A stretch of 64,000 nucleotides of DNA from Rhynchopus sp. YZ270_cl-10 (GCA_964035575.1 OZ037833.1:1364001-1428000), one strand, 5' to 3'; counted from the first letter of the stretch, positions 25,031 through 34,859 are shown. Numbers and translations are program-made. The notes: generated by a model from the sequence alone, not told the origin.

Positions 25031-28000
25031 TTTTCAAAAATATTTTTTTCAAAAAAATCGATTTTAAAATATTGGTTTGGCTTGTGCGGGGACCTGAATC
25101 TGGGGCAACATACCCTGTGGGACATACTGGGCCCGATGCAAGGCCGATTTTTCAAAAATATGGTTGCCCCGGTAGACGGTATGGCCCTGCAGGTCAGTGC
25201 ATCGGGCCAAAAATCATGAAAAAATCATGATTTTGGGGACTGGCACCCCATGGGCACATATATCTGGGGGTGTGAAATATGCATGGAATCGACCGATTGG
25301 GGGTGTTATAGGTCCTGGGGGCCCACATGGGCCATATTTCACGCTATTGGGTCACGGGAAAGTGATTTTGACATTTTTTCATCGATTTTAGCTGTGAGAA
25401 CCCTTCAAAAACACTGATTTTGGGGTGTTTCTGAGACGGTACGCTATACCCAGGGTCATATTAGGTATTAGTCCGGTCGACTTTTTGAAAAAACGACCCC
25501 GCAATGGACTCAGGGGTGCCAGATAGTGTATATGCACCAGAATGGATTCACGGGAAAAGTCAAAATTGGGTGTCAGATACATGCTGCCATAAGTGACGAA
25601 TTTCAAAAGTTGAGATTTTTCGAAAATCAGGGTTCAGTACACGCTGTACCCAATCCTGGGGGCCAAAATTTTCAACTTTTTGAAAAAACGGGCGGTATAT
25701 GGCCCTAAAGTGTCAAAATGAGTTAATTGCGACCTCGGACGGCCTCCGGAGATGAGTAGAAGTTTATTTACTGAAAAAAAAAGTCAAAACACAGGCAAAA
25801 TCCCACCTTCCACAGGTACAGTCAAAACTTTTATCCAGATCTCATGTTTTTTCAAAAAATTTTAAATTGTTTTTATGACTAACACCTCCGAAATTTTTCC
25901 TGATAAGATGGAATATGGTCCTGTCGTAGTATGCAGTGTGTTTGCAGGCAAAAATTTGCATTTTCTCGCCCCAGACATTTTTTTATACATAAAAGTGCAT
26001 AAAGGGACCCCTGACCCCAAAATCCGGGTTCCAGCTTTTTGAAGGGGTCACCCTACAGGCCACCTCAAAAAGTTGGCCCGTAGGGCCAGCTTTTTGAAAA
26101 AACGGGGTTGCGATGTGTCCTGGGGGCCCGAAGGGCCCCCAGGACACATCGCTGGGAAAAAAATATTAGGTTTTTGGGGGTCTATATAGGGTTGCTGTGG
26201 GGGTCACATGGCCGAAAAATGGCCATTTTTGGCCTATTTTTGGCCATTTTTTTAAGGTAAAAAATCCACTTTTTTTTTGTACATCCCCTTGCCCCCGGTA
26301 AAATTTACCAAACATATGGCCCTGTTGGACATACTGGGCCCATGAGTCGGTCGCTGGATCACCAAACTAGTTGCCCTATTTGCTAAAATCATGTTTTCAG
26401 GGTCAAAAATAGGGTGTTTTTTAGGGTCAAAAATAGGGTGTTTTTCAGGGGTATGTTAACCACGTATGTGTCTTAGGGACCAAATTTTCCAGGAATGTGA
26501 ACCAATCGGGTCGCAATGGGTCCAGGGGGCCCGGAGGGCCCCCATGCAGGGAAAATTTGCAACAATCCTGGGCAATGCTGGGGGCCGATAGGGTGTGCCT
26601 ATACACGTGTTTTTACGTGTTTTTGGGCACTTTTCAGGATTTTCGAAAATTTTTGCAACACCAAAATCAAAAATTTCGGTCTAGGAGGCCCATATCTGGA
26701 AAAAATCGATATTCCAATGGCCTCATTGGGACATATTGGGCCCAGGACCCTATTTTCAGGTCCCAGGAAAAGCCAAACCAATAAAAAAAATAGCTCAGGC
26801 GACCCCCAAAAATAGGCGAAAAACAGCCATTTTTAGGGTGTTTTTTAGGGGTATTTTTACACACACAAATTGTTTACCATAGCACACCCCCAGGCTGCCT
26901 CAAAATTTTATCTTTATTTGATTTTTCCAACCCACATAGGGGTATTGGAGGCACAACTTTCACCAAGCCTGGGGAATGCGGCACTGCACACACACAACTG
27001 AAAAAGGCAAAAATCACCTGTTTTTCAAGGTGTCGCAGGGTAAATGTTGTTCCTTAAAAACCAAATTTTTTCTAAAAAATCGGCCCTGCGGGTAAAAAAA
27101 CGACACTATGGGGGGTATTCCAGGGTGTGGGGGCCCCAAAAATCCGGTTTAAGACCACGAGAGGGTCCGAATACACACCTGAGAAGGTCCCGGGGAGTAA
27201 AAAAATGGCCATTTTTGGGGGGTCAAAATCTCACTTTTTGGGGGGATGTTTGTATACCCAGTACCGACCCACTAGCTGGAATGCCCAACTTTTCGCGAAT
27301 ATGGGGGCCCGTAGGGCCCCCGGGGCCCAGGGGGCCCAAAATATCGTGTTGCAGATGCCAGGAGAACATGTTTCAATATTTTGGATACATTTTTCCATAG
27401 GGTCATTTTCAAAAGCACTGATTTTAGGGGTATTGAGCGAGGTACCCATACCCATGGGTTATCCTATATATTAGTTTTCACTCGGATGTGAAAAAACGAT
27501 GTCGCAATGGATTCAGGGGGCCCAAATAGGGTATATGGCCCAGGAAATTTTCAAAAAGTTGACCCAACCAGGTATACAGGCATACAAGCCGGTAGGTCAA
27601 CAGATAGGGTGTTTTCCGCACCCAAAATATGGGGTCATGACCATGTGGGTCAGACCTGAATTGATAAATGTTTCGCACAGGTTTTCGCGAATACCCCCTC
27701 TATTCCGAATGCGCTACAAGAGTTTTAAATATTTGGCTATTTAGATTCACTTTTAAAAACAAAATGGGTCTCCAGAACACACATGAGGTTCACATGTACC
27801 TCTACAGAAACCTTGGTTTTGGTCGGATTTTGAGGCCAATTTTTGGGTTCCCACCAATTTCCTAGGGTATACTGGGATATTGCCCGTGTGTCCAAAAGTG
27901 ATTTTTGGGGCCTTAGGACCCCGGAGAATCCATTTAACGGTCGTTTTTGCACCGGAAAGACCTATCTAGTACCCAAAAATCGAATTTTCATATTTTTGAA

Positions 28001-28665
28001 AAAGTGACCAAAAATCGACTTTTTTTGGTAACATTGTATGGCATAAATTATTCTACATAATGTGTGATGCTTGAATAAAAACTTACGACCCCATAATGTA
28101 CTCGGAACTCACCCATGTAATTGTTGAGAAAAAAAAACTTTCCGAAAAAATGAAATTTCAACCCGAATATGCACATTTGGGTCATTTTACGGCTATGTAG
28201 GTCATTTTGTATGTGTTTTTCGATTATATAGGTGATTAGGATATGTGTGATGCTCAGATTAAATCGTAAGACCCCGCAATTGACTCAAATGTGCCCAAAA
28301 ACCCTATATACCCAAGATTATTAACTTTTCCAGCATATTGGACATCCTTAGGTATGGTTATAAGCCATGATACGGCTATTGCTGGAAAAATAGCCGTAAA
28401 TTGTGGTTGGTATTGATTTCAGAAATTATGTGATGCTTAGATCATGCCATAGACGCTTTTAATGGATTCATATGAGCTCATACTACCCATATACCCCTTC
28501 AGAAGCCCCTTTTGACTCTTATGAATATCCTTATATAGGCTTCCACTTGTGCAGAACCTTCTCAGTGTACAAGATGTTAGGTACAAAAAAACCATCATAT
28601 TTTTTACACTACTGGCATGCTTCCCAGGACACGTCTGTACTCAGAACGTTGTAGAGAAAAAAGGC

Positions 28666-28777
28666 AACCAACGATTTCTAAAGCTACAGTTTCTGTACTT
28701 CATTGGTATGGAAGCATGAAGATTATATCTTCTCACACAACTTTGTCAAACATGGCCAGTCTCGAAAGAGACTGGCC
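28666..28777 (+). ncRNA. Spliced-leader (SL) RNA gene
   Basis: 40-nt exon ending CAGTTTCTGTACTTCATTG, GTATG donor, AACTTTG Sm-like site, 3' GAAA hairpin, T-run. Confidence 0.95.
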
Positions 28778-29099
28778 TTTTTTACGTTAGCATGATCGTC
28801 TTGTGCACAAGAAGCAAACCCAAAAACACACACGATTCACACATGACATAACACACAAGTGCTTACTGCACCCCATTTTTATATCGCCTGCAAAACCATA
28901 TTTGTGACACTTGTTCCCCTTCAGAAGCCACTGTTGACTCTGTCGAATATCCTTCTGTAGGATCACACTTAAGGATATTTTTATGTAGAACCTTCACAGT
29001 GACCAAGATGTCAGGTACGAAAAAGCAACCGTATTATAGACATTGGCAGAAGGCTTCCCAGAACAAGTGGGTACCTAGAACATTGTAGAGAAAAAGGGC

Positions 29100-29211
29100 A
29101 ACCAACGATTTCTAAAGCTACAGTTTCTGTACTTCATTGGTATGGAAGCATGAAGATTATATTCTTCACACAACTTTGTCAAAACATGGCCAGTTTCGAA
29201 AGAGACTGGCC
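29100..29211 (+). ncRNA. SL RNA gene
   Basis: Same exon and intron structure. Confidence 0.95.
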
Positions 29212-29518
29212 TTTTTTACGTTAACATCACCTTGTGCAAACCCAAAAAACACACATGATTCCCATGTTCTTCGAATATTTTGGTGATTAGGATATGTGTA
29301 ATGCTCAGATTAAATTGTACGACCACGCAATTGACTCAAATGAGCCCAAATATCCCGTATTCCCAAGATTTTTGGACTTTCGAGCACATTGGGCATCCTT
29401 AGGTATGTTTATAAGCCACTCTACGGCTATGTTAGAAAAAAAACCCACCATAATAATGATACATATGGCATGATTCCCAGAACATGTTGGCACTTAGAAC
29501 ATTGTAGAGAAAAAGGGC

Positions 29519-29630
29519 AACCAACGATTTCTAAAGCTACAGTTTCTGTACTTCATTGGTATGGAAGCATGAAGATTATTCTTCTCACACAACTTTGTCA
29601 AAACATGGCCAGTTTCGAAAGAGACTGGCC
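29519..29630 (+). ncRNA. SL RNA gene
   Basis: Same exon and intron structure. Confidence 0.95.
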
Positions 29631-29712
29631 TTTTTTACGTTAACACGATCGTCTTGTGCACAAGAAGCAAAAAAACCCACACAACAACAGCAGAAGTTTA
29701 GAACCACATTCA

Positions 29713-29750
29713 GACCCTGACCCAACTCCAACAAGGGGCCCCTGTCTTGT
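29713..29750 (+). promoter_or_regulatory. Upstream element CTGACCCA(C/A)CTCCAACAAG...CCCTGTCTTGT (also 30292, 30881, 31602, 34066, 46547; minus strand ~60152-60191, ~62604-62640)
   Basis: CTGACCC lies 57-59 nt upstream of U6, SRP and both vault-like paralogues. Confidence 0.75.
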
Positions 29751-29773
29751 CAACCACCTTGTGCATATATACT

Positions 29774-29878
29774 GGACCCCAGAAATGGGACATCCGTTAA
29801 AATTGGATCGATACAGAGAAGATTAGCATGGTCCCTGCGCAAGGATGACACGCATTAATCGAGAAAGTATCAACTTTT
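29774..29878 (+). ncRNA. U6: U6 snRNA
   Basis: ATACAGAGAAGATTAGCATGG...GCGCAAGGATGACACGCA, 3' T-run. Confidence 0.97.
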
Positions 29879-30097
29879 TTTTTGTCCCCCGGATCACACG
29901 TATTTTTTACACTGGTGTCTTCTTCATGCTTCCCAGACCAACACATATGTGCAGACATGCCCATCACCCACAGGTGGCAAGTGGCAGGCTGCAGTAACCC
30001 ATTGAAATATTGGTTTCAAAAAACGACCATATGGTTTATGCTACTGGCATGCTTCCCTGAGCATATACATGTCGAAAGCTGTGTAGAGAAAAAGAGC

Positions 30098-30209
30098 AAC
30101 CAACGATTTCTAAAGCTACAGTTTCTGTACTTCATTGGTATGGAAGCATGAAGATTATTCTTCTCACACAACTTTGTCAAAACATGGCCAGTTTCGAAAG
30201 AGACTGGCC
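30098..30209 (+). ncRNA. SL RNA gene
   Basis: Same exon; part of the 579-bp SL-U6 tandem unit. Confidence 0.95.
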
Positions 30210-30352
30210 TTTTTTACGTTAACACGATCGTCTTGTGCACAAGAAGCAAAAAAACCCACACAACAACAGCAGAAGTTTAGAACCACATTCAGACCCTGAC
30301 CCAACTCCAACAAGGGGCCCCTGTCTTGTCAACCACCTTGTGCATATATACT

Positions 30353-30457
30353 GGACCCCAGAAATGGGACATCCGTTAAAATTGGATCGATACAGAGAAG
30401 ATTAGCATGGTCCCTGCGCAAGGATGACACGCATTAATCGAGAAAGTATCAACTTTT
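30353..30457 (+). ncRNA. U6: U6 snRNA, second copy
   Basis: Identical, 579 bp downstream. Confidence 0.97.
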
Positions 30458-30676
30458 TTTTTGTCCCCCGGATCACACGTATTTTTTACACTGGTGTCTT
30501 CTTCATGCTTCCCAGACCAACACATATGTGCAGACATGCCCATCACCCACAGGTGGCAAGTGGCAGGCTGCAGTAACCCATTGAAATATTGGTTTCAAAA
30601 AACGACCATATGGTTTATGCTACTGGCATGCTTCCCTGAGCATATACATGTCGAAAGCTGTGTAGAGAAAAAGAGC

Positions 30677-30788
30677 AACCAACGATTTCTAAAGCTACAG
30701 TTTCTGTACTTCATTGGTATGGAAGCATGAAGATTACTCTTCTCACACAACTTTGTCAAAACATGGCCGGTTTCGAAAGAGACTGGCC
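30677..30788 (+). ncRNA. SL RNA gene
   Basis: Same exon. Confidence 0.95.
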
Positions 30789-30942
30789 TTTTTTACGTTA
30801 GCATGATTGTCTTTGTGTGTCTTTGTGCAAAGCAAAAAAAAACACACACAAGAAGTGAGGATCTTCAAAACCACGTTTTTGACCTGACCCACCTCCAACT
30901 AGACAACCCTGTCTTGTATTCCGACAATATGGTATCTATTGA

Positions 30943-31252
30943 GCCGGGATGTGTTGGCTGCATCCTGAAACCCCTAGCTTCTGGGGGGGCAAGCTTCTCC
31001 AGAACTGGGCACTCTTTGAGGTGGACCAAAGGCACCTTCAACTTCTGTGTTGATGTGTTGTCCGTGTTAGTCTACTGTCCTGTTTGCGGCCTTGGTGTAA
31101 ACCAGGGCAACAATCAGAGTGAAATGGGGTGAACCGGGCCAGGCTGGTCTCACAGAGCAGCTCATAACTCCTGCAGTGGACAGTTCAAGGATCGCAGCAC
31201 AGAGCAGAGTGAGGGTGTTTCCAACTCAATGGCTTGAACTGGAGAAGCGTTT
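30943..31252 (+). ncRNA. SRP (7SL) RNA
   Basis: 5' GCCGGG Alu-like start; GGGGTGAACCGGGCCAGG...AGCAG helix 8; helix 6 GCCTTGGT-GTAA-ACCAGGGC; GCTTCTCCAG/CTGGAGAAGC closing helix; T-run. Confidence 0.88.
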
Positions 31253-31417
31253 CTTTTTTACATTTTTCCATGTGAACATTGTTTCCACATCACCATACAC
31301 ATGTGTTGTTGATACACCCCACCACGTTGCCCAGACCATTCCTACCCACATTATTCACCACAAGTGGCATGTTTACCAGTACATGTTGGTGCTTAGAGCA
31401 ATGTTAAGAAAAAGGGC

Positions 31418-31530
31418 AACCAACGATTTCTAAAGCTACAGTTTCTGTACTTCATTGGTATGGAAGCATGAAGATTATATTCTTCTCACACAACTTTGTC
31501 AAACATGGCCAGCCTCGAAAGAGACTGGCC
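31418..31530 (+). ncRNA. SL RNA gene
   Basis: Same exon. Confidence 0.95.
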
Positions 31531-31661
31531 TTTTTTACGTCACCATGAGAAAAAACATTCACACATATGATGCATGTACAAAGTGCACAGGTGTGTGTGT
31601 CACCCTGACCCACCTCCAACAAGACAACCCTGTCTTGTTTTCCCATACTCTCCCTATGTTT

Positions 31662-31983
31662 GGGTGCTAAGTTAGTGTGCTACTTCGAAACCAAACAACT
31701 CGTTCAGCAACAGCTAAAACTTGAAAAGACCTTTCTTATCAGAAAATTCTTTACAATTTTTATGATGTGTCCTGCTGTGGGCCTGATATGGCCCAAGGCG
31801 GAACCACTTTCATATGATGTAAATCCCGTACGTTCGTACAGAATATTACCCATGATGATTATTCTTACATTAGCGTGTAACACTAATTCTGACTGCGTTC
31901 TATTTCACACTTCAAATATTAGAACTGGATGTGGGGCTGCCAGTTTACTGGTGGTCCCGATCCAGCACACAACGCAAGCACCC
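31662..31983 (+). ncRNA. Unidentified ~320-nt structured RNA, vault-RNA-like
   Basis: U6-type upstream element; GGGTGCT/AGCACCC and GTGTGCT/AGCACAC terminal stems; TACTTCGA motif; T-run; diverged paralogue at 46608. Confidence 0.65.
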
Positions 31984-32101
31984 TTTTTTATATTACCCCA
32001 CCCAGTACCCCCCCTGTGTCTGTGTTGTTGCCTAAAAAAGCATCACCTTTTACAGGCTTCCTTGTGGGGAGTGTTCGGTCAAGTGATAGTGATGAAGAAG
32101 G

Positions 32102-32170
32102 ACAGGGGCGAGTTTTCTCGTGAAATGCTTTGAAGCCTCTGACATTGAGAGGCTCGCTCCGACCTCTGTT
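32102..32170 (+). ncRNA. Candidate ~70-nt structured small RNA
   Basis: GCTTCC element ~48 nt upstream; ACAGGGG/CCTCTGT closing stem with two hairpins; T-run. Confidence 0.3.
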
Positions 32171-32267
32171 TTTAATAACCCTTACCGGTAACCACTGTGT
32201 ATGTATGGTATGTATGGTATGTATGATATGTTGCCTTTGTGTGTTTGTTTTTGTTTTGTTAAAAAAG

Positions 32268-32456
32268 AGGGTATGCCACTCCTGGATGTTGTGCAGCTCC
32301 AGGGCAACATGTGTGAACGGACCAGGTTGCCCTGGCGACCCGTCACCCCAATGAGAAATTGCGTTAATATCATCAGTGCACAAGGCACTGTATCAGATAT
32401 TAAGCTGATAAGAACAGATAATACACTTGATCTTAGCCAAAAGGCCGAGAAGGTAT
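32268..32456 (-). ncRNA. U2: U2 snRNA (branch-site recognition GUAUUA)
   Basis: ATACCTTCTCGGCCTTTTGGCTAAGATCAAGTGTATTATCTGTTCTTATCAG. Confidence 0.97.
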
Positions 32457-32606
32457 GACTTCTTTTTAGTCCATACCAAATTCGACACCCATGTACAGGG
32501 AAGCATGATGATGATCAATATTACTAGGAAACAACAAGGCAAACAGATTACACACCCATGTCACAGGGAAGTGAGCGAAGGTGATGATCAATCGTAGTAA
32601 AAACAA

Positions 32607-32748
32607 GGCCGCCGAAGCAGCTACACAAATTGCCAATGTGGCAACGCCGAAGCGGCCCATGGCGGGAATTGGGTAGTTTTCAACCAGCAATCTCTCCACA
32701 GCGTCCCTATTTGGTCATTGCTTATGGAATTATCCCGAGCGCAAGAAT
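32607..32748 (-). ncRNA. U4: U4 snRNA
   Basis: 5' TTCTTGCGC complementary to U6 GCGCAAGGA; TTGCTGGTTGAAAACT; Sm-like AATTTGTG. Confidence 0.92.
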
Positions 32749-32909
32749 ACCTCCTTTTCTCCCAGTCGTGTCACAAAGCTATGTCAACAGGGAAGCGTGT
32801 TGGGGTGGTAACATAAAGACACCACGTAAAGCTAACACACCAGAACTACCACCACCAATGTGCCTCCCTGTAGACATCTGTGCAGCCGATAGGTGGAACA
32901 AACAAGGGC

Positions 32910-33119
32910 AAGACTGTACTCTACACAGGATCTGTTTTTGAGTGCATTCGTGTTGAAGATTGTTTTCTTCGGCACAAGACCAAAGCTGGATGATGACATA
33001 GGTTGGGCATGTGCAGCATGAGCACTTGCGATGATTGTCACATACTTCTTGTATTGTTTTGTCTCTCCCCTGTATGGCGCAGGGAAGAGTACCAGGCACA
33101 GCCCTTCCACTTACAGCTT
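32910..33119 (+). ncRNA. U3: U3 snoRNA
   Basis: AAGACTGTACT...CAGGATC (boxes A'/A), GATGATGA (C'), GAGC (B), GATGA (C), AAGCTG/CAGCTT stem. Confidence 0.88.
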
Positions 33120-33271
33120 GTTTTTAAGAAAAACCTCAAAAAAGGCTTCACATTACTTTTTTCACCTTCAAGGACATCTTGATCAATCAAGAAGTTACCA
33201 CACTATCCTCGCTCTCAACATGCTTCCATGTGTAGCAAAGTGCATACAGCAATAGAACAAAACAGAGCCAT

Positions 33272-33380
33272 ATCACGGTTCTTGCCCATATCGAACTCAT
33301 CTTTCGCCTTTTACTAAAGATGACCGTGGGTAAGAGCCACTAAGTGAAAGCATAATTTTTGAAGGGGCCTTTGTGTCTCA
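33272..33380 (+). ncRNA. U5: U5 snRNA
   Basis: Loop I CGCCTTTTACT in a CATCTTT/AAAGATG stem; Sm AATTTTTG. Confidence 0.95.
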
Positions 33381-33458
33381 TCTGTTTTTAAGTCTTGACA
33401 ACCACTACGCTTCCCTGAAGGTGTTGGAGTTTCGCATGTTGTTAAACTCAGCTAGAGG

Positions 33459-33617
33459 TTACATACCTTACTGGTGTCTGACCTGATCAACAAGGGCGTC
33501 GACACACCAGTGGCCCTTGCATTGCACTGCGCAGGGGATACTGGTGGCACTAGCTTCGGCTGGCTTGCACAGTGAAATTTTTGACAGCGGCGGTGCTGTG
33601 CTTTGCACAAACCCGCC
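33459..33617 (+). ncRNA. U1: U1 snRNA (5' ACAUACCU)
   Basis: GATCAACAAG (U1-70K-type loop), ATTGCAC (U1A loop), Sm AATTTTTG; start uncertain (33456-33461). Confidence 0.92.
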
Positions 33618-33902
33618 TTTTTAAACAAACAAACCAAAACAAACGTGATCACACAAACCATCATGTTACCCAGTAAACCCAGTAAACCCAGCACACTGGT
33701 CTAGAGGGATCGACCACTGAGTGGTGACCTGTGAGCACACAGGCACCTGCTCCGATGCAGTAGTGCAGCGCACTAAGTGCTGTGCTAAGGACTGGCCAAA
33801 CTTGTTAAACCTGCTGACCCACAAACCGGTTTTCACAACCGAAGCAAAAACAAGCTCAGAAATAAAAAGCTCTTCAAAGGTTTTCGAACCTGACTCAGTA
33901 TT

Positions 33903-34021
33903 GGATTCGGCCATACTCTGGTGAATACACCTCATCCCGCCTGATTTGAGAAGTTAAGCACCAGCAGGCCTGGATAGTACTGGCGTGGGTGACCAGCTGG
34001 GAAGTCCGGGTGCTTGAATCC
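33903..34021 (+). rRNA. 5S rRNA
   Basis: GGATTCGGCCATAC...GAAGTTAAGC...TAGTACT...GAATCC plus T-run, 119 nt. Confidence 0.97.
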
Positions 34022-34127
34022 TTTTTGCTTTTCTTCCGTGTTGGTGTGTGGTTTTAGGACATCCAGACCCTGACCCACCTCCAACAAGACAACCCTGTCT
34101 TGTATCCCTGTGTTTGTTGCACTATCC

Positions 34128-34587
34128 AGAGAGCAGAAATGAGGGGAGACTACACCACCGACGGTGCTTCAGCCTACAGGAGCATGCTGGAATGTGAATG
34201 CTGCATGACAGCATTCACAATTTCACCTTTGGTGAGATGGAGATGAGCGCAAAGGTGCAAAAATGCACAACAAAAACTGAGGAAGAGGCATCCATACTCC
34301 CCAGAAGGGACGTGCGCACCTGCAGCCAAAAATTCTCCTGTGCTTAATATCATGCGCGCTGGGGATGCCGAAATAGCTAAACTGTTGCAAGAAGTGGGAC
34401 TAATTCCCAGGCAGTTGCCCTGTACAACATGCAAGTCCACAATGCCAGAAACACTGTACTGGACACCAAGATACTCCAAGAAGATCGCAAACTGGCCTTA
34501 TTTTAGGTGAAATGACCTAATGCAGAGTGCAGCGGAACAGGGGAGACAAATAAAGTTTCCTGTACCATGCAACACCCAAGACCTTTT
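34128..34587 (+). ncRNA. Candidate ~460-nt transcript of unknown identity
   Basis: U6-type element at the expected distance; several hairpins; boundaries inferred. Confidence 0.3.
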
Positions 34588-34657
34588 GCACAAGTGAAGC
34601 AAAAACAAGCTCAGAAATATAAAGCTCTTCAAAGGTTTTCCACCCAGACCCATTATT

Positions 34658-34776
34658 GGATTCGGCCATACTCTGGTGAATACACCTCATCCCGCCTGAT
34701 TTGAGAAGTTAAGCACCAGCAGGCCTGGATAGTACTGGCGTGGGTGACCAGCTGGGAAGTCCGGGTGCTTGAATCC
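34658..34776 (+). rRNA. 5S rRNA
   Basis: Identical copy. Confidence 0.97.
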
Positions 34777-34859
34777 TTTTTTCCTTATTTGTGGTGTAAC
34801 ACACAGAAGTTGGTTGAAAAGTGAACTGATAGTATTCAGCGCAAAGCATGATTATTGAA

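Larger units (their letters stand above)
23868..29580. repeat. Segmental inverted repeat 2, left copy (partner ~38390-45757; partial third copy 62820-64000)
   Basis: Mirrored near-identical ORFs (e.g. 25197+/42580-, 28472+/39317-/63262-). Confidence 0.93.

Noticed and set aside
28750..28785. Rho-independent terminator-like hairpin plus T-run
   Set aside because: It is the 3' stem-loop of the SL RNA gene.
33783..33792. TCCTTAGC (minus strand) as a telomerase template for the 8-mer array
   Set aside because: Only one unit with no alignment overlap; an 8-mer match is expected by chance in this much sequence.
33903..34021. Amoebozoan origin suggested by 5S resemblance and an ACCCA upstream motif
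   Set aside because: The SL RNA and the 11-nt Tyr intron point clearly to Euglenozoa.
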